DNA of 55,924 nt, from the IMG/VR virus record IMGVR_UViG_3300037311_000518, positions 1-55,924 of that record, one strand, 5' to 3'. The DNA comes from a virus (taxonomy: Duplodnaviria > Caudoviricetes). The notes under the pieces are model-generated. The model saw nothing but the letters and a program-made list of their open reading frames with translations. It was not told the origin of the DNA and ran no database searches. The position numbers and the translations under genes are program-made. Shown piece by piece: positions 9,001 through 18,222 of the stretch (position 1 is the stretch's first letter; each line of letters begins with the position of its first letter).

Positions 9001-11278
9001 CGCCAATGGCTGTCGTCAGGTTGAGCGCGGCCTGAGCTACTTCCAGCGCTTTGTATGCGTTCGAGCCCTCTGTCGTCATCGACTTGAGGCTGGAGATGCC
9101 TTGACCGATGGCATCCGTGGCGTACATCAATGTCTCTTGCCGGAGGTTGCCCAATGCGCGCTGCATCTGGGCCACCCTCTCAGGATCGAATGCCTCATCC
9201 ATCGGGCCGGGCAATTCTTCGATCTCTGCCCGCAAGTACTTGATCTTGTCGATCAGATCGACAAAGGGATCGTTGTCACCAAACTCCGAAAGGATGTCCT
9301 GGATTTTCTCGAACTCTTCCGTCGAATCGAACATTTCGCCGGCCATCTCGCCGATCTGATCGATCTGATCGGCCATCAACGGACGGTTTGCAGCAATGGC
9401 GTCGCCGATAGCGCGCTGCGTCTCGGCATAGACGAACGCCTCGCGGGCACTCATCCGCATGACCATCGCTTCCTCGGCGTAGGCTGCTGCGAGGTTCCCG
9501 ACGACGTTCTGTTGCTTCTTCGTCTCGGCAATCTGCTTGCGGGCAGCGGCGACGTCGGCATCTTTCATGCGAACGACTGCGGCCAGTGCTTCGGCATACA
9601 GACGCTCTCCTTCAGCCGTGCCATCGAGCAGTGGGGCGAGGTTCCGCAGCGATTCCTCATAGCGCAACTGAATTGCCAGCAGGGGATCGAACTGCGCAAC
9701 CATCGCCATGATCGTCTGGTTGGCGAACGACTCGGCCTCATCCCTGACGCGGGCCATTTCCTCCGTGGCCTTGCCGGCGGCATCCGTCAGATCGACGATG
9801 ATGTTTTTCTTGCCGTCCCCCTGTGGCGCATAGAGAATCTCGTTCAGACGCATCGCGGTCGCGTTGGTCTGTAACAACGAGGCCATGAGCTGCTCGACAT
9901 CGCCACGGGCCTTGTCGATCCCCTCTTGCCCGTATGACTGAGCGCCGTACATGTCGCCGACAGCGTTGGCATTCCCGCCGAACGCGCGCATACCCATACC
10001 GCCGCTTGCGGCAGCATTGGCGCGACGCTGACGGCCCAGTTCTGCTTCCGCCTCGGCTGCGGCAAGCGTCGCTTGCGCCTGCTCTAACTGCGACCGGATG
10101 ATCTCTCCAGATAGCTGGAGCGACCGAACCTCGGCGGCGATCAGATCTTTCTTTGCGCCAGCGTACGAACTGACAACCTTTTCCGAAGCGTCAAGCGCTG
10201 CTGTGAACTGACGGGTCACGCGCTCGGCGTCAGTTTCGGCAGTTTCAAGGCTTACGAAGTAAGCAACCGCGATACCAATCGCGCTGGCAATCAATCCGAT
10301 CGGACCGGCAAGTGCGGCCTGCACAGCGGCAAATCCTGTTGCCGCGACGCGGGCTGCGCCAATGGCGGCAGTGAGCTTGCCCAAGGCGCTGATAAAACCG
10401 AGCAACGCACCTGCAACAACTTTCGTCGCGATGAAGACCGCCAGCTCGTCCAGAACGCTGATGAACGCCTTGATCCATTCAATCGCTCGTTCCAGAGCGC
10501 CAGATTCTCTGATCTGTTTGACCCATTCGACCATTGCGTTCGTTGCGTCTACCAGGTACGGCAGAAACTCACTGGCGAGCGCATATCCGAGACCGCCCAC
10601 GGAATCCATGAGCTTGCTCAGGTTGTCGTTGAAAGTCTCTGCGGCCTTAGCCGTGTCAGTGGACATGACAAGTCCGAGCCGCTCGGCTTCGTCGGCATAT
10701 GCGGACAACCCGTCCCTGCCGGAATTGAGTAGCGGGATCAGGTCTGCCCCGGCCTTTCCGAACACGCGTGTCGCAAGTGCAGTCTTTCCGGCTGAGTCCT
10801 CCATCTTCGAGAACGCCTCGGCAACATCGACAAACAATGCCTCTGTGGATCTAAGCTTCCCGCTGGCATCGGTAACGCTGATTCCTAGCGCACGGAATAC
10901 GGCCTGCTGCTGCTTGAGACCGCCGGCAGCATCGGCCGCAGATCTGGACAGACGTACAAGGCCAGTCTGTAACTGCTCAACCGAAACACCGGCCTGATCA
11001 GCGGCGAACCTGTATCCGGACAGTGCCTCGACGCTGATGCCAATTTTCTGCGCCATCTTCGCCGCCTGATCGGCGGCGTCGATGGACTTCTTGACCATGG
11101 CGGCGACGGCTACGCCAGCAACTGCCGCTGCCGCGCCAATCGCCTGGAACGTACGATTTAGACTGCGCTCCATATCGGCAGCCGTGCGCTTGGCGACACG
11201 ATCCGCCTTCCCCATGTCGCTTGTAAACGAGGCGATGTCAGCCTCGACAGCAATAGCAAGCCTGCCTAGTGCAGCCAT
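5990..11278 (-). CDS. tail tape measure protein
   Basis: 1762 aa, Ala-rich and helical, TMP-like N-terminus, follows the tail chaperones. Confidence 0.95.
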   Translation of the reverse strand: MAALGRLAIAVEADIASFTSDMGKADRVAKRTAADMERSLNRTFQAIGAAAAVAGVAVAAMVKKSIDAADQAAKMAQKIGISVEALSGYRFAADQAGVSVEQLQTGLVRLSRSAADAAGGLKQQQAVFRALGISVTDASGKLRSTEALFVDVAEAFSKMEDSAGKTALATRVFGKAGADLIPLLNSGRDGLSAYADEAERLGLVMSTDTAKAAETFNDNLSKLMDSVGGLGYALASEFLPYLVDATNAMVEWVKQIRESGALERAIEWIKAFISVLDELAVFIATKVVAGALLGFISALGKLTAAIGAARVAATGFAAVQAALAGPIGLIASAIGIAVAYFVSLETAETDAERVTRQFTAALDASEKVVSSYAGAKKDLIAAEVRSLQLSGEIIRSQLEQAQATLAAAEAEAELGRQRRANAAASGGMGMRAFGGNANAVGDMYGAQSYGQEGIDKARGDVEQLMASLLQTNATAMRLNEILYAPQGDGKKNIIVDLTDAAGKATEEMARVRDEAESFANQTIMAMVAQFDPLLAIQLRYEESLRNLAPLLDGTAEGERLYAEALAAVVRMKDADVAAARKQIAETKKQQNVVGNLAAAYAEEAMVMRMSAREAFVYAETQRAIGDAIAANRPLMADQIDQIGEMAGEMFDSTEEFEKIQDILSEFGDNDPFVDLIDKIKYLRAEIEELPGPMDEAFDPERVAQMQRALGNLRQETLMYATDAIGQGISSLKSMTTEGSNAYKALEVAQAALNLTTAIGAIVNQGMGDPYTAFARMAAMAAAVSQLVGSIGSFGGGFTNTAQQRQDVQGTGSVLGDADAKSESMLNATEITADATSKLVGINRGMLSALLALQSGISNATVMLARGAGEATFSALPRPFDFSAGSFGAQVLGMPSLANMLLGGSSRVTDQGLHIGGGSISDIDLSAYQEVQSRSWRFGSRRTRTSFADVEDEFENQFQLIIDSIVGTVREGALALGLLPEEIEAAIEAFQLAEINISLMDLTAEEQQAELEAVFSQIFDDLAGHVVPFIAQFQQVGEGLGETLVRVATSVQVVQEAIRYLGLAIDETDPERFAQISVGLIEAVGGIEEFIEGMTTFVSAFATDEHRLMVATDELNRAFEQVGLEVPATRDAMWALMQSLDATTEEGQEQIATLLRLAGVADQYYDLLEDAAEQAQEAAENAAAAFDEINALLTNLATDGWSDPLQSIIDLDAEYQEHVATIQELARANGRAEASEAELTFARQWHARKLEQLSQQILRSAQQLAAQLGYAGFEEFGADNDPVYDAEMGGIGAVEQAVEDRYARELQLLEQLDQYVRGLGISNLSPLNPTERLGEAQAEYERILALAQGGDLDALAQLQGAANAYLTEAQGYYGGVGAYEGIFESVRMALAGLVSAGPQNEQIGPNTPVFGGPVSVTPSSEMVAQNAIERALLAQQLVDHLAALSVALNAPILELMETLGIPIAQLAEDLGINIEQITGASVEALAQLAMDLGLPLGQLVDALGLNLPGLADGVRELAAELGYNVQELVNETGTGLLNLAQYLGADLAELAESLGQDLGALTDANSPIFLALEDTIDALSPDIRDQLQPYLTAITSATNEADANAAIGEAEAAINALPVGIRDLLAPFFAGVDPPGALSDLDYLSNIDGGIVALIEIMEDIAEQMGVNGYAQGTPFVPSNQMAFLHKGEMVIPASVADRVRNGDYYLGSGESMNSSGDSSALERKVEQLIKQNGELLSAIAQNTKVTANEMTKQKPPGYRNAA

Positions 11279-11289
11279 GGGTTCTCCAA

Positions 11290-11313
11290 AATAAAAAAGG
11301 CCCCGAAGGGCCT
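11290..11313 (-). terminator. intrinsic terminator between tail chaperone and tape measure genes
   Basis: Minus strand reads AGGCCC-TTCG-GGGCCT followed by TTTTTATT. Confidence 0.7.
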
Positions 11314-11692
11314 AGATGGGTTGTCGAGTCACACGGTCGACGCGAATGATTCGGCCAAGCCCAGCAAACGCTGAACGGACCTCTTCATCTATATCCTTGG
11401 CTGTCTGACCGATTTCATCTTCCAATTCCTTCCATGGATTAGCGAAAGCCATCAATTCCTTGGGCTTTACACGCTTCCCCTTCTTTGAGGCCTTGTTGAT
11501 CTGGACGCTGGTTAACTGAGCCAGCGCCAATTCTGTTCGCTCTATGGCAAAACCTTCGCGAAGGTGGAAGGCGATCAGATAACGAAGTTCGGTTCCGGTT
11601 ACTGTTCTAAGCAGCTCGCCGGGCGTCCTGCCGTATTCCCGAGCGATCTTGAAAATCAGTCTGAGTCGTCGGTCCCCAGCGAGTCCTTTCCC
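11312..11692 (-). CDS. tail assembly chaperone gpGT, C-terminal (T) part expressed by -1 frameshift
   Basis: The -1 frame is open from the slippery GGGAAAG (11692-11686) as GKGLAGDRRLRLIFKIAREYGRTPGEL... and runs into ORF 11312-11530. Confidence 0.85.
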   Translation of the reverse strand, partial: GKGLAGDRRLRLIFKIAREYGRTPGELLRTVTGTELRYLIAFHLREGFAIERTELALAQLTSVQINKASKKGKRVKPKELMAFANPWKELEDEIGQTAKDIDEEVRSAFAGLGRIIRVDRVTRQPI

Positions 11693-12024
11693 TCGGAATC
11701 ATCCTCATCGTCACCCTGTTCGATGTCGTTGACCTCGGATACCGCCTTCCAGAATGCCATAGACAATGCATTCGGCATGCTTCTGGCGATGTTGAATGGA
11801 ATGCCCTTGCCATCCTCGTCAACCACCGCTGCCGAGATCATCCGAGAACGGAACGACATCTCTGCGTCCTTGTTCTTCTTCTTGAGGCCGCGTTCGCCAA
11901 TGGCCTCCACTTCCGACGCGGGCAGAACTTTCACGAAGAACTCGTACTTCTTTCCCTTGTAATCGAAGAATTTCGCGATCGGTTCAGACGAACTCGCCGC
12001 CTGGATTTGCTGTAGCAGATTCAT
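11656..12024 (-). CDS. tail assembly chaperone gpG
   Basis: Lies between tail tube and TMP genes; contains in-frame G GGA AAG near its 3' end. Confidence 0.85.
   Translation of the reverse strand: MNLLQQIQAASSSEPIAKFFDYKGKKYEFFVKVLPASEVEAIGERGLKKKNKDAEMSFRSRMISAAVVDEDGKGIPFNIARSMPNALSMAFWKAVSEVNDIEQGDDEDDSEGKDSLGTDDSD
11686..11692 (-). other. -1 programmed frameshift slippery site GGGAAAG (lambda G/GT type)
   Basis: Same heptamer as lambda G-T, in the correct phase. Confidence 0.85.
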
Positions 12025-12132
12025 GGTTCATTCCTTGGTGCCGAGCGGACACAAGGCGCAAAGCCACGGCAAACAGCCGCATTCCCTGCGCCGCCCGACA
12101 TAAAGCCGTTGGGGTCAGCCGTTGGATTGCGG

Positions 12133-12603
12133 TTACGGGATTTCGAGGATGTCGCCGGAGACTCGGATCGAGATGTCGGCCATCCACACCGAGTCGATCT
12201 CGCCGGAACGCTGCAGCTGGTTTACGCCGCCCTCAAACAACATCCATGAGCGGCCGGACGCCAAAATGAAGTCGGCAGGCGGGCCGGCGTCGTAAGTCGG
12301 GTCGTTTCCGTATCCGTTCGAGAATCCAACGGCCCACTTGTAGTTACCGCCAGCCACGATTTCGCCGAGACGCAGGTAAGCAGGGCTTTCAAGATCGATT
12401 GCCATCTGGAACGTTGCTGTTCCGTTATCGATCAGACCGGGAAGGTATCGCCGTGATTTCAGATCATCGAGACAGGTGATATCGATCTCTGATGCCTGTC
12501 CGCCAACGCCACTCAGGCCGCGAATACAAGCAATCTTCAAGACCGCTGCATTGTCGGTATCGAGCAGATAAAGCTCGGTACCTTGGGTTTTAATCTCTGC
12601 CAT
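12133..12603 (-). CDS. major tail tube protein
   Basis: N-terminal KTQGTELY and GG..SEIDITCLDD motifs; synteny. Confidence 0.9.
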   Translation of the reverse strand: MAEIKTQGTELYLLDTDNAAVLKIACIRGLSGVGGQASEIDITCLDDLKSRRYLPGLIDNGTATFQMAIDLESPAYLRLGEIVAGGNYKWAVGFSNGYGNDPTYDAGPPADFILASGRSWMLFEGGVNQLQRSGEIDSVWMADISIRVSGDILEIP

Positions 12604-12712
12604 TTCGGTGCCTCATTCGAATGAAGCCCGGAGCCGCGCCATCACGGCCGAGCGGTACGCCTCACGGCGTTCCAAACCCGCATGACCGGATGGCCGGTGA
12701 ATCACGCAGGCA

Positions 12713-12738
12713 GAAAAAACCCGGCTTTCGCCGGGTTT
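12713..12738 (-). terminator. intrinsic terminator upstream of the tail tube leader
   Basis: Minus strand reads AAACCCGGC-GAAA-GCCGGGTTT followed by TTTCT. Confidence 0.65.
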
Positions 12739-12753
12739 CCATGGATGGTTTTG

Positions 12754-13131
12754 CTAGCGTCTTTGCCAGCAGGTGAAGTCGAACGAGACTCGCCAATTTC
12801 TGGTTTCGATATCTCGATCGGTGAAGTTGTATGTCACGTAACCGTGAAGTTCGAGTGCGTCACGTACTGCAACAAATACGTTGTCTGCGTCAGATCTGGT
12901 GTTAGCGTAAACGTCGAATTGCAGACGAAGGCTGTCGATAGAAGGTGCGCAATCCAGCTTGTGATGAGGCGTACCTGCAATCAGTCGATAGACTGCGGCG
13001 GCAGGTCCTGATGAAGGTTTCGGCTCGGTCTCTGGAATCTCGTCGCGAAACACACGCATCACAGACGCGGGCTTTAGCAACGAAACGACATCCGGCGATG
13101 CGTTCATCCATGACACCACAGGCGGCATCAT
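12754..13131 (-). CDS. tail completion/terminator protein (DUF3168-like)
   Basis: LQFDVYA and RDIETRNWRVSFD motifs; position before the tail tube gene. Confidence 0.8.
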   Translation of the reverse strand: MMPPVVSWMNASPDVVSLLKPASVMRVFRDEIPETEPKPSSGPAAAVYRLIAGTPHHKLDCAPSIDSLRLQFDVYANTRSDADNVFVAVRDALELHGYVTYNFTDRDIETRNWRVSFDFTCWQRR

Positions 13132-13616
13132 GTCTTTCCCCTCGTCAGCTTGCGGACCGCCATCTCTATGGCCTTGGCAAACGATTCTCTGAACTGCATG
13201 GCGGCCTGCTCTTTTTTCGATTCGAATGCAGGACGCATGAATGGTTGAGCCGGCATGTTTTGTGTGCCGAACTCGATCATCATGCCGTAGTACGCGTCTC
13301 GCACGTCATAGGTCTTCCCGACTTTGCCTTTTCGAACATTTGCCCTGGTGTTCGCGTAGTGCCTGCGCTTTCGCCGGACTTCGATGAAATATCCTTCCCG
13401 ACCCCTTGGATTCTTTCTCTGTCGAGCGGTGACAATGTTTTTTTTCAGAAGCCCAGTATCTTCTGGTGCGTTAGCGATTGCCTGATCCTTGATGACCTTT
13501 GCAGCCTGAAAGATGGCGTATCGAAGCGGACCGCCACCCTTGCCAGCGATGGCGTCCGGAAGTTCGCGAAGGCGCCTGCTAAGTTCTGCAAGCCCTTCGA
13601 CTCTGATCTGTGCCAT
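13128..13616 (-). CDS. HK97 gp10-family morphogenesis protein
   Basis: VEGLAEL...AP.DTG.L and EFGT..MPAQPFMRPAF motifs. Confidence 0.9.
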   Translation of the reverse strand: MAQIRVEGLAELSRRLRELPDAIAGKGGGPLRYAIFQAAKVIKDQAIANAPEDTGLLKKNIVTARQRKNPRGREGYFIEVRRKRRHYANTRANVRKGKVGKTYDVRDAYYGMMIEFGTQNMPAQPFMRPAFESKKEQAAMQFRESFAKAIEMAVRKLTRGKT

Positions 13617-14290
13617 CAGGCGGCATGCCAAAGATGCGCGTATGGCGCGTCTGCATTAAGCTCAGGAGTGCCAAGCGTCCAGTGCAGAATCTTCGGGTAC
13701 TCAGGCATATCGTCCACCCCGACAAGCACGTTCCACTCCTTCGGCAGCGATCCAATTTCATCATCGTGCAGCCAATAGAAGGCATGAAGATCGCGCCCAG
13801 GGCGTTCGTTCACGTCCTGCAAGCTCAACCTTCTGTTTGCCGGGTGGTCAGCATTGATCAGCATCACGCTCGACCAGTTCTTGCGCGGGTAGCGTGTCTG
13901 CACCTGGCCGTCCATCTTTTTCGTGCCAGAATCAGGCATTGAATGCTTAACACACATCACCGCATAACGCGGATCAGCGAGAGCGAACAGTTCCGCAACA
14001 TCGGAAACAAACACCACATCTGAGTCAACAAACAAGGCCCATCCTTTTTGTGCTAGATGGGGCACAAGAAACCGGCTGATAGCAAACTCCGTAGCGCACG
14101 GCGCATTGCTATGAAGGTCATAAATGCCGCCGCGATGATCCTGCGACCTTCGTAGTAATCCCGAAGCAGCCAGCGTGTCTGCCTTCAGCGGGGTTACCAA
14201 AACGTTGGGTGAGCGCCTGCGAAGGCTGGACTCTGTCTTTTCGTAAGACCTCTTCTCCCGAGAGTCCCATCCGATGTATACCCTGTGCAT
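13616..14290 (-). CDS. GT-A fold glycosyltransferase (nucleotide-diphospho-sugar transferase)
   Basis: VYIGWDSRE, TEFAISRFLVP, DSD (DxD), RKNWSSVM, EWN.L and ILHWTLGTP motifs; start MHRVY coupled to the upstream stop. Confidence 0.85.
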   Translation of the reverse strand: MHRVYIGWDSREKRSYEKTESSLRRRSPNVLVTPLKADTLAASGLLRRSQDHRGGIYDLHSNAPCATEFAISRFLVPHLAQKGWALFVDSDVVFVSDVAELFALADPRYAVMCVKHSMPDSGTKKMDGQVQTRYPRKNWSSVMLINADHPANRRLSLQDVNERPGRDLHAFYWLHDDEIGSLPKEWNVLVGVDDMPEYPKILHWTLGTPELNADAPYAHLWHAA

Positions 14291-14793
14291 TAGCGGCATA
14301 CCGCAATAATCGTTGTGCCTGAAAACATATTCGCCTCGAACTTTCCGAAGTGAGATAACAACTGGTGCTTCCACCAGTCCATGTTTTGCTGATTCAAATG
14401 CGCGTTTCGACCATCCGGAAGGAACTTCCCGGCTGGCCCGGTGTGAATGGTGACGAACGCGACCCTACCGGTCGCGCTTCGAAGCGAAGCCAGCACATCT
14501 GATAGGAACTCCGGTTCAACATGTTCCAGAACATCAATGCAACAGACCAAATCAAACTTTCCTTTCGGAAAGTTCGATATCTCTGGAACGCAAGGGTCAT
14601 ATTGTTCGAACCTCGCCTGCGTCTTTACGCTCTGACGAAGCATCCCTTTTCCGGCTCCGTAGTCCAGAATTGAACGCGGCCTGATGCGATTGATAAGCGC
14701 CTGAACCTTTGGCGCCATTTTTACCGACGCAGCTCCGTACCTCTGATTAAGGTGCATCTCTTCCTGCTGGAGCCGGTAGGATTCAGATAGCAT
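14290..14793 (-). CDS. class I SAM-dependent methyltransferase
   Basis: ILDYGAGKG motif I; FDLVCCIDVLEHV. Confidence 0.85.
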   Translation of the reverse strand: MLSESYRLQQEEMHLNQRYGAASVKMAPKVQALINRIRPRSILDYGAGKGMLRQSVKTQARFEQYDPCVPEISNFPKGKFDLVCCIDVLEHVEPEFLSDVLASLRSATGRVAFVTIHTGPAGKFLPDGRNAHLNQQNMDWWKHQLLSHFGKFEANMFSGTTIIAVCR

Positions 14794-15436
14794 CCGGCCA
14801 GCCCATGATTACGTCATGCTTCATGCGGTGCAGAACATTTGCGCCCATTGAAGTCAGTAACGCCACCGGCTCCTGTAGCCTGTAACGATCGTGTTGACCG
14901 TTACTCTCGACAACGATGACCGGTCTGCACTTCGCGATCGTTTTGGCCGACCCTTCCAGCACAGCCGATTCGTAGCCTTCGGTGTCGATCTTGATGAAAT
15001 CAACGCACTCAAGGTCAAGCTCATCCAACGACACAATCGCAACGCCTCCGTTTTCTGTGACGCAAGATTTGCCACTGTTTTCCGCATCAACGACCAGCCC
15101 GACTAGCCCCGGCCCTTTGCCGACGGCAAGCTCATGGATTACTACGTTATCTACGCCTTCCATGTTCCTGCGCCAGCAGGATGCGTGTTCAGGAACTGGC
15201 TCAAAGGCATGGACCAGATCGAATTCGCGAGCCAGCCACATTGACCAAAACCCAACGTGAGCGCCAACGTCAACTGCAACCCTGCGGGTCTTTGTGAATG
15301 AAAGTGCCTTTTGCAGCTTGGCGAACTGATACACGCCGACAGAACGTTCGCCATAGTTACGCATCGGCTCCTTGGCCATCATCCGCTCAAAGTGCATATC
15401 AGAATCAGGCAGCCAGATTCCTTTCGCCATCTTCAT
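14783..15436 (-). CDS. FkbM-family methyltransferase
   Basis: VDVGAHVG, AFEP, FIKIDTEGYE..VL.G and RPVIVVE motifs. Confidence 0.9.
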   Translation of the reverse strand: MKMAKGIWLPDSDMHFERMMAKEPMRNYGERSVGVYQFAKLQKALSFTKTRRVAVDVGAHVGFWSMWLAREFDLVHAFEPVPEHASCWRRNMEGVDNVVIHELAVGKGPGLVGLVVDAENSGKSCVTENGGVAIVSLDELDLECVDFIKIDTEGYESAVLEGSAKTIAKCRPVIVVESNGQHDRYRLQEPVALLTSMGANVLHRMKHDVIMGWPDAI

Positions 15437-16092
15437 TTCGCGCACATTTCCATGAATTTTTTCCGCGGACCCTTGAAGTCCCAGATCGGTGTTTTCGGAC
15501 TCTGGCCTGAGCTGAATGAAGTGAACACATGGAACATCGGCATGAAACAAACCTTCACATCGTCAATCGTCCTGACAGAGTTTTCACTAGGTTGAATCTT
15601 CATGTATGACACCAGCGCATCAATGTCTGCGCCCCAAGTCAGCGACGCTGGTGGCAGCGACTTTGCGTGTTCGGTCATCGCCAACCACATGGAATAAAGC
15701 TGCTCTGATGGCAGGAAGCCAATCACACTATTGACAATCGGCTTGGGCTTTGTGCGAGTCAGCAAAACCAAATCCCAATCCCCGAAAAGGCAATCCAGTG
15801 GCCCCTTTACCAGGGAGTCGGGGCTCACCATCACACTCGGGCCTTGGGCCTGACGTATGGCCTCGGCCTGCGCCTGGAGTATCCACAGCATCAGGCCAGA
15901 ATCTTTCGCATTGCCGATCCGGATGTCAGCCGCAATGTCAGTTACATCGTCCGAAACGACAACCGTTTCATATCCCTGCTTTGCTGCGCTTTTGCGTAGC
16001 CAGCCCATCGCCTTGCGCCAGTCAAAGCCAGACTGGTTGCTCTGCGCCTTTGGTGGCAAGCTGCAGTCCGCATAGAATGTGACGATCTTCAA
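15433..16092 (-). CDS. putative glycosyltransferase-like protein (GT-A-like, degenerate DxD)
   Basis: PDSLV, WGADIDAL and C-terminal DFKGPRKKFM segments; TTGA coupling; cluster context. Confidence 0.5.
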   Translation of the reverse strand: MKIVTFYADCSLPPKAQSNQSGFDWRKAMGWLRKSAAKQGYETVVVSDDVTDIAADIRIGNAKDSGLMLWILQAQAEAIRQAQGPSVMVSPDSLVKGPLDCLFGDWDLVLLTRTKPKPIVNSVIGFLPSEQLYSMWLAMTEHAKSLPPASLTWGADIDALVSYMKIQPSENSVRTIDDVKVCFMPMFHVFTSFSSGQSPKTPIWDFKGPRKKFMEMCAK

Positions 16093-16901
16093 ACCCACCC
16101 CTCGACACGCAAGTGCCCGAATAACGCGCCGCTTGAAAGCTCATCCCTTCTCCATTGGCAGTACGCGATATCGGACAGTGCGGCCAACCTATGCTCTGCT
16201 GACAGCGGAACAATGCTTTCCAAATGCTCCAGATCGGCACGGTAATAGACCGCTCCAGGCCCTGACTCTGCAATCACCGGAACGCCGTGCAATATCGCAT
16301 CGGCCCCGATGTTCCCCGTCAGGCAGACAACAGCCCATGCGCCACGGATCGCTTGTACGACGCTGGTGAGTTTCGAACTTGGAACCCCACCTATAGGCGG
16401 GTTCTTCGGTTTCTCCCGGACGATGATCTTCCTGTCCGTGATCTCGCGAAGCCGTGCATACATACCGCGCTCCCACTCACCGTAGGACAGCCCCTTGATG
16501 CTGCACTGCTTGCGTCCAATCCCGCAGAGCAAAACGTACTCACCACGCTTGGTGACCGGCTCGACATTCAGGCCAAGCGAATTGAATCTGTCAGCTGGGT
16601 GAGACCTTAGATTCAGGTGCAAATCCGGTTGCTGAGCGTTGATGGAAATCCGGAAATGCTTTTCGATCGGATAGCCGGCGAAGTACCCCTTATCCCCCAC
16701 AACGCGAACCGCGTTCACGTGCCTGGCAAATGGCTTTGCCCCCTCCCCCAATCCATACATCCACACCAAGTCGGCGTCACCGCCGTCCTCGTCCACCGGC
16801 AGAACATCGCAGTCAACCCCGTGGACTCGACAGCCCGCCGCGAAGGCCAATGCCAGCTTGTGAATGCGCTCCGGGCCGTGCCAGTACGCTATTGCTTTCA
16901 C
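16089..16901 (-). CDS. KpsS/KpsC-like (capsule biosynthesis family) glycosyltransferase-like protein
   Basis: DKGYF, IIVREKP, AWAVVCLTGNIGADAILHGVPV and AYCQW motifs; paralog of 16898-17632. Confidence 0.6.
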   Translation of the reverse strand: MKAIAYWHGPERIHKLALAFAAGCRVHGVDCDVLPVDEDGGDADLVWMYGLGEGAKPFARHVNAVRVVGDKGYFAGYPIEKHFRISINAQQPDLHLNLRSHPADRFNSLGLNVEPVTKRGEYVLLCGIGRKQCSIKGLSYGEWERGMYARLREITDRKIIVREKPKNPPIGGVPSSKLTSVVQAIRGAWAVVCLTGNIGADAILHGVPVIAESGPGAVYYRADLEHLESIVPLSAEHRLAALSDIAYCQWRRDELSSGALFGHLRVEGWV

Positions 16902-17632
16902 ATCAACCTCAAGAATGGTTCTCCAGTTTCGATTTCGTTTACCGTCCACTGCGCCCATGCAAGTCGCCTAAACATTGCAAGGCGATCGGCATCGGAACGC
17001 TTGGGCGATCCGCCAATATCTGAAATAGGCAGGGCTGCCTGAGCGCCTATCCATCCGGATAGTCCGTAATAAACAGGGACGCCGAACAACAGCGCCTTCA
17101 ATGCAGCGCCCGATCCCCAAGTCACTACATAGGCCGCGTGAGCCAGATCGTCGTTCAGTGGCTTACACGGTCGTATGCCTGGATGCTCACGAACACGGCC
17201 ATATTTCGCAGCGGGCCATGATCTCGGCATGGCGATCCCCGGTTCACCGATTCCCCTCTGCGGCAGAACGACTACCTCGTGTCCGCTTCGCCACGGATGC
17301 AGCTCGACGCCGTAACGATCCCATCGATCCGGACCTTCGTCGTGCCACAAACCCAGGCCGTTGTGGTGTCCGATGGCCAGTGCAAACCACTTGATGCCGA
17401 GCCACTCTTTACCTAGATAACCGTTCTCCGCAACCAGTACCGTTGCACCGACGGACTCAAACCGCCGTGCGTCGTGTTCATTGACGCCGCTGCGGTTCCA
17501 GATCAGGAGCACATCGCCAGGCTTCGGGTCAGGTAGTTGTTCGACCACGCGGCATCCAGCGCGAGTCAGTCCGGCGGTGAAGCTATCTCGGCGATAATTG
17601 GGGCCGTTCCGAAGAAGGTTCAGCGCTCGCAC
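16898..17632 (-). CDS. KpsS/KpsC-like (capsule biosynthesis family) glycosyltransferase-like protein
   Basis: ENGYLG, VREHP, AAYVVTWGSGAALKALLFGVPV and LAWAQW motifs. Confidence 0.6.
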   Translation of the reverse strand: MRALNLLRNGPNYRRDSFTAGLTRAGCRVVEQLPDPKPGDVLLIWNRSGVNEHDARRFESVGATVLVAENGYLGKEWLGIKWFALAIGHHNGLGLWHDEGPDRWDRYGVELHPWRSGHEVVVLPQRGIGEPGIAMPRSWPAAKYGRVREHPGIRPCKPLNDDLAHAAYVVTWGSGAALKALLFGVPVYYGLSGWIGAQAALPISDIGGSPKRSDADRLAMFRRLAWAQWTVNEIETGEPFLRLM

Positions 17633-18222
17633 AACACATGCTCCAGAGATTCACGCCGGAAACACGTCAGCGCTGTTTCACGAGTGGCGTTCACCACGTC
17701 TACGCCCGCTTTTTCCAGATCACGAGCCAACGGAACGAATCTATCGGCCCAGGTTGCGACCGGTTCTGAATTGCCCCAACCCTTTGGGTAATCTTCGTGG
17801 AAGTGCTTTGTAATCCCGGCGTGACGCATGTCGAAGCCGAGCAGGATCATTCTTCGAACACCCCAGTGGTACGCCAGATTCAGTGCTTGATATCCGCTGT
17901 TGCCACCAGAATGAACTGCATTCGTGTCACGGCATAGTCCAGGCAAGAACCGGCATTCAATGAAATTCAAGCCGCTCTCGTCGGCTCGTCTTCCGGTAGT
18001 CCATCGTTCGCCTCGAAATCCAGATCCGTATCGTTCCCACCATTTTCTGTCTGCGGCGTAGAGCACGTCGCTCCACGGGGCAAGCTCCCATGCCCTGTTG
18101 ATCGCGATGACTCCGTTTCCGGTTCGCTCTCGCCATTGTTCGACAAGATCGACGTCGGATTTGTTGAGGCTCGGTCCAGACGCGATGATGCACGCGGCCG
18201 GCCACCGCGGAGAGCCAAAGGG
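17620..18222 (-). CDS. Maf/MptE(DUF115)-like putative glycosyltransferase, probably reached by -1 frameshift from ORF 17967-18362
   Basis: The frame upstream of the GTG at 18066 encodes CIIASGPSL...VIAINRAWELAPWSDVLYAAD.KWW but has no start codon; downstream motif NSGYQALNLA...ILLGFDM. Confidence 0.7.
   Translation of the reverse strand, partial: PFGSPRWPAACIIASGPSLNKSDVDLVEQWRERTGNGVIAINRAWELAPWSDVLYAADRKWWERYGSGFRGERWTTGRRADESGLNFIECRFLPGLCRDTNAVHSGGNSGYQALNLAYHWGVRRMILLGFDMRHAGITKHFHEDYPKGWGNSEPVATWADRFVPLARDLEKAGVDVVNATRETALTCFRRESLEHVLCER

Noticed and set aside
7754-10997. Long plus-strand ORFs inside the tape measure gene
   Set aside because: Antisense shadows of a codon-biased gene
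11686-11692. GGGAAAG frameshift in the tail chaperone as a novel recoding event
   Set aside because: Well supported but classical (lambda G/GT); listed as a feature only
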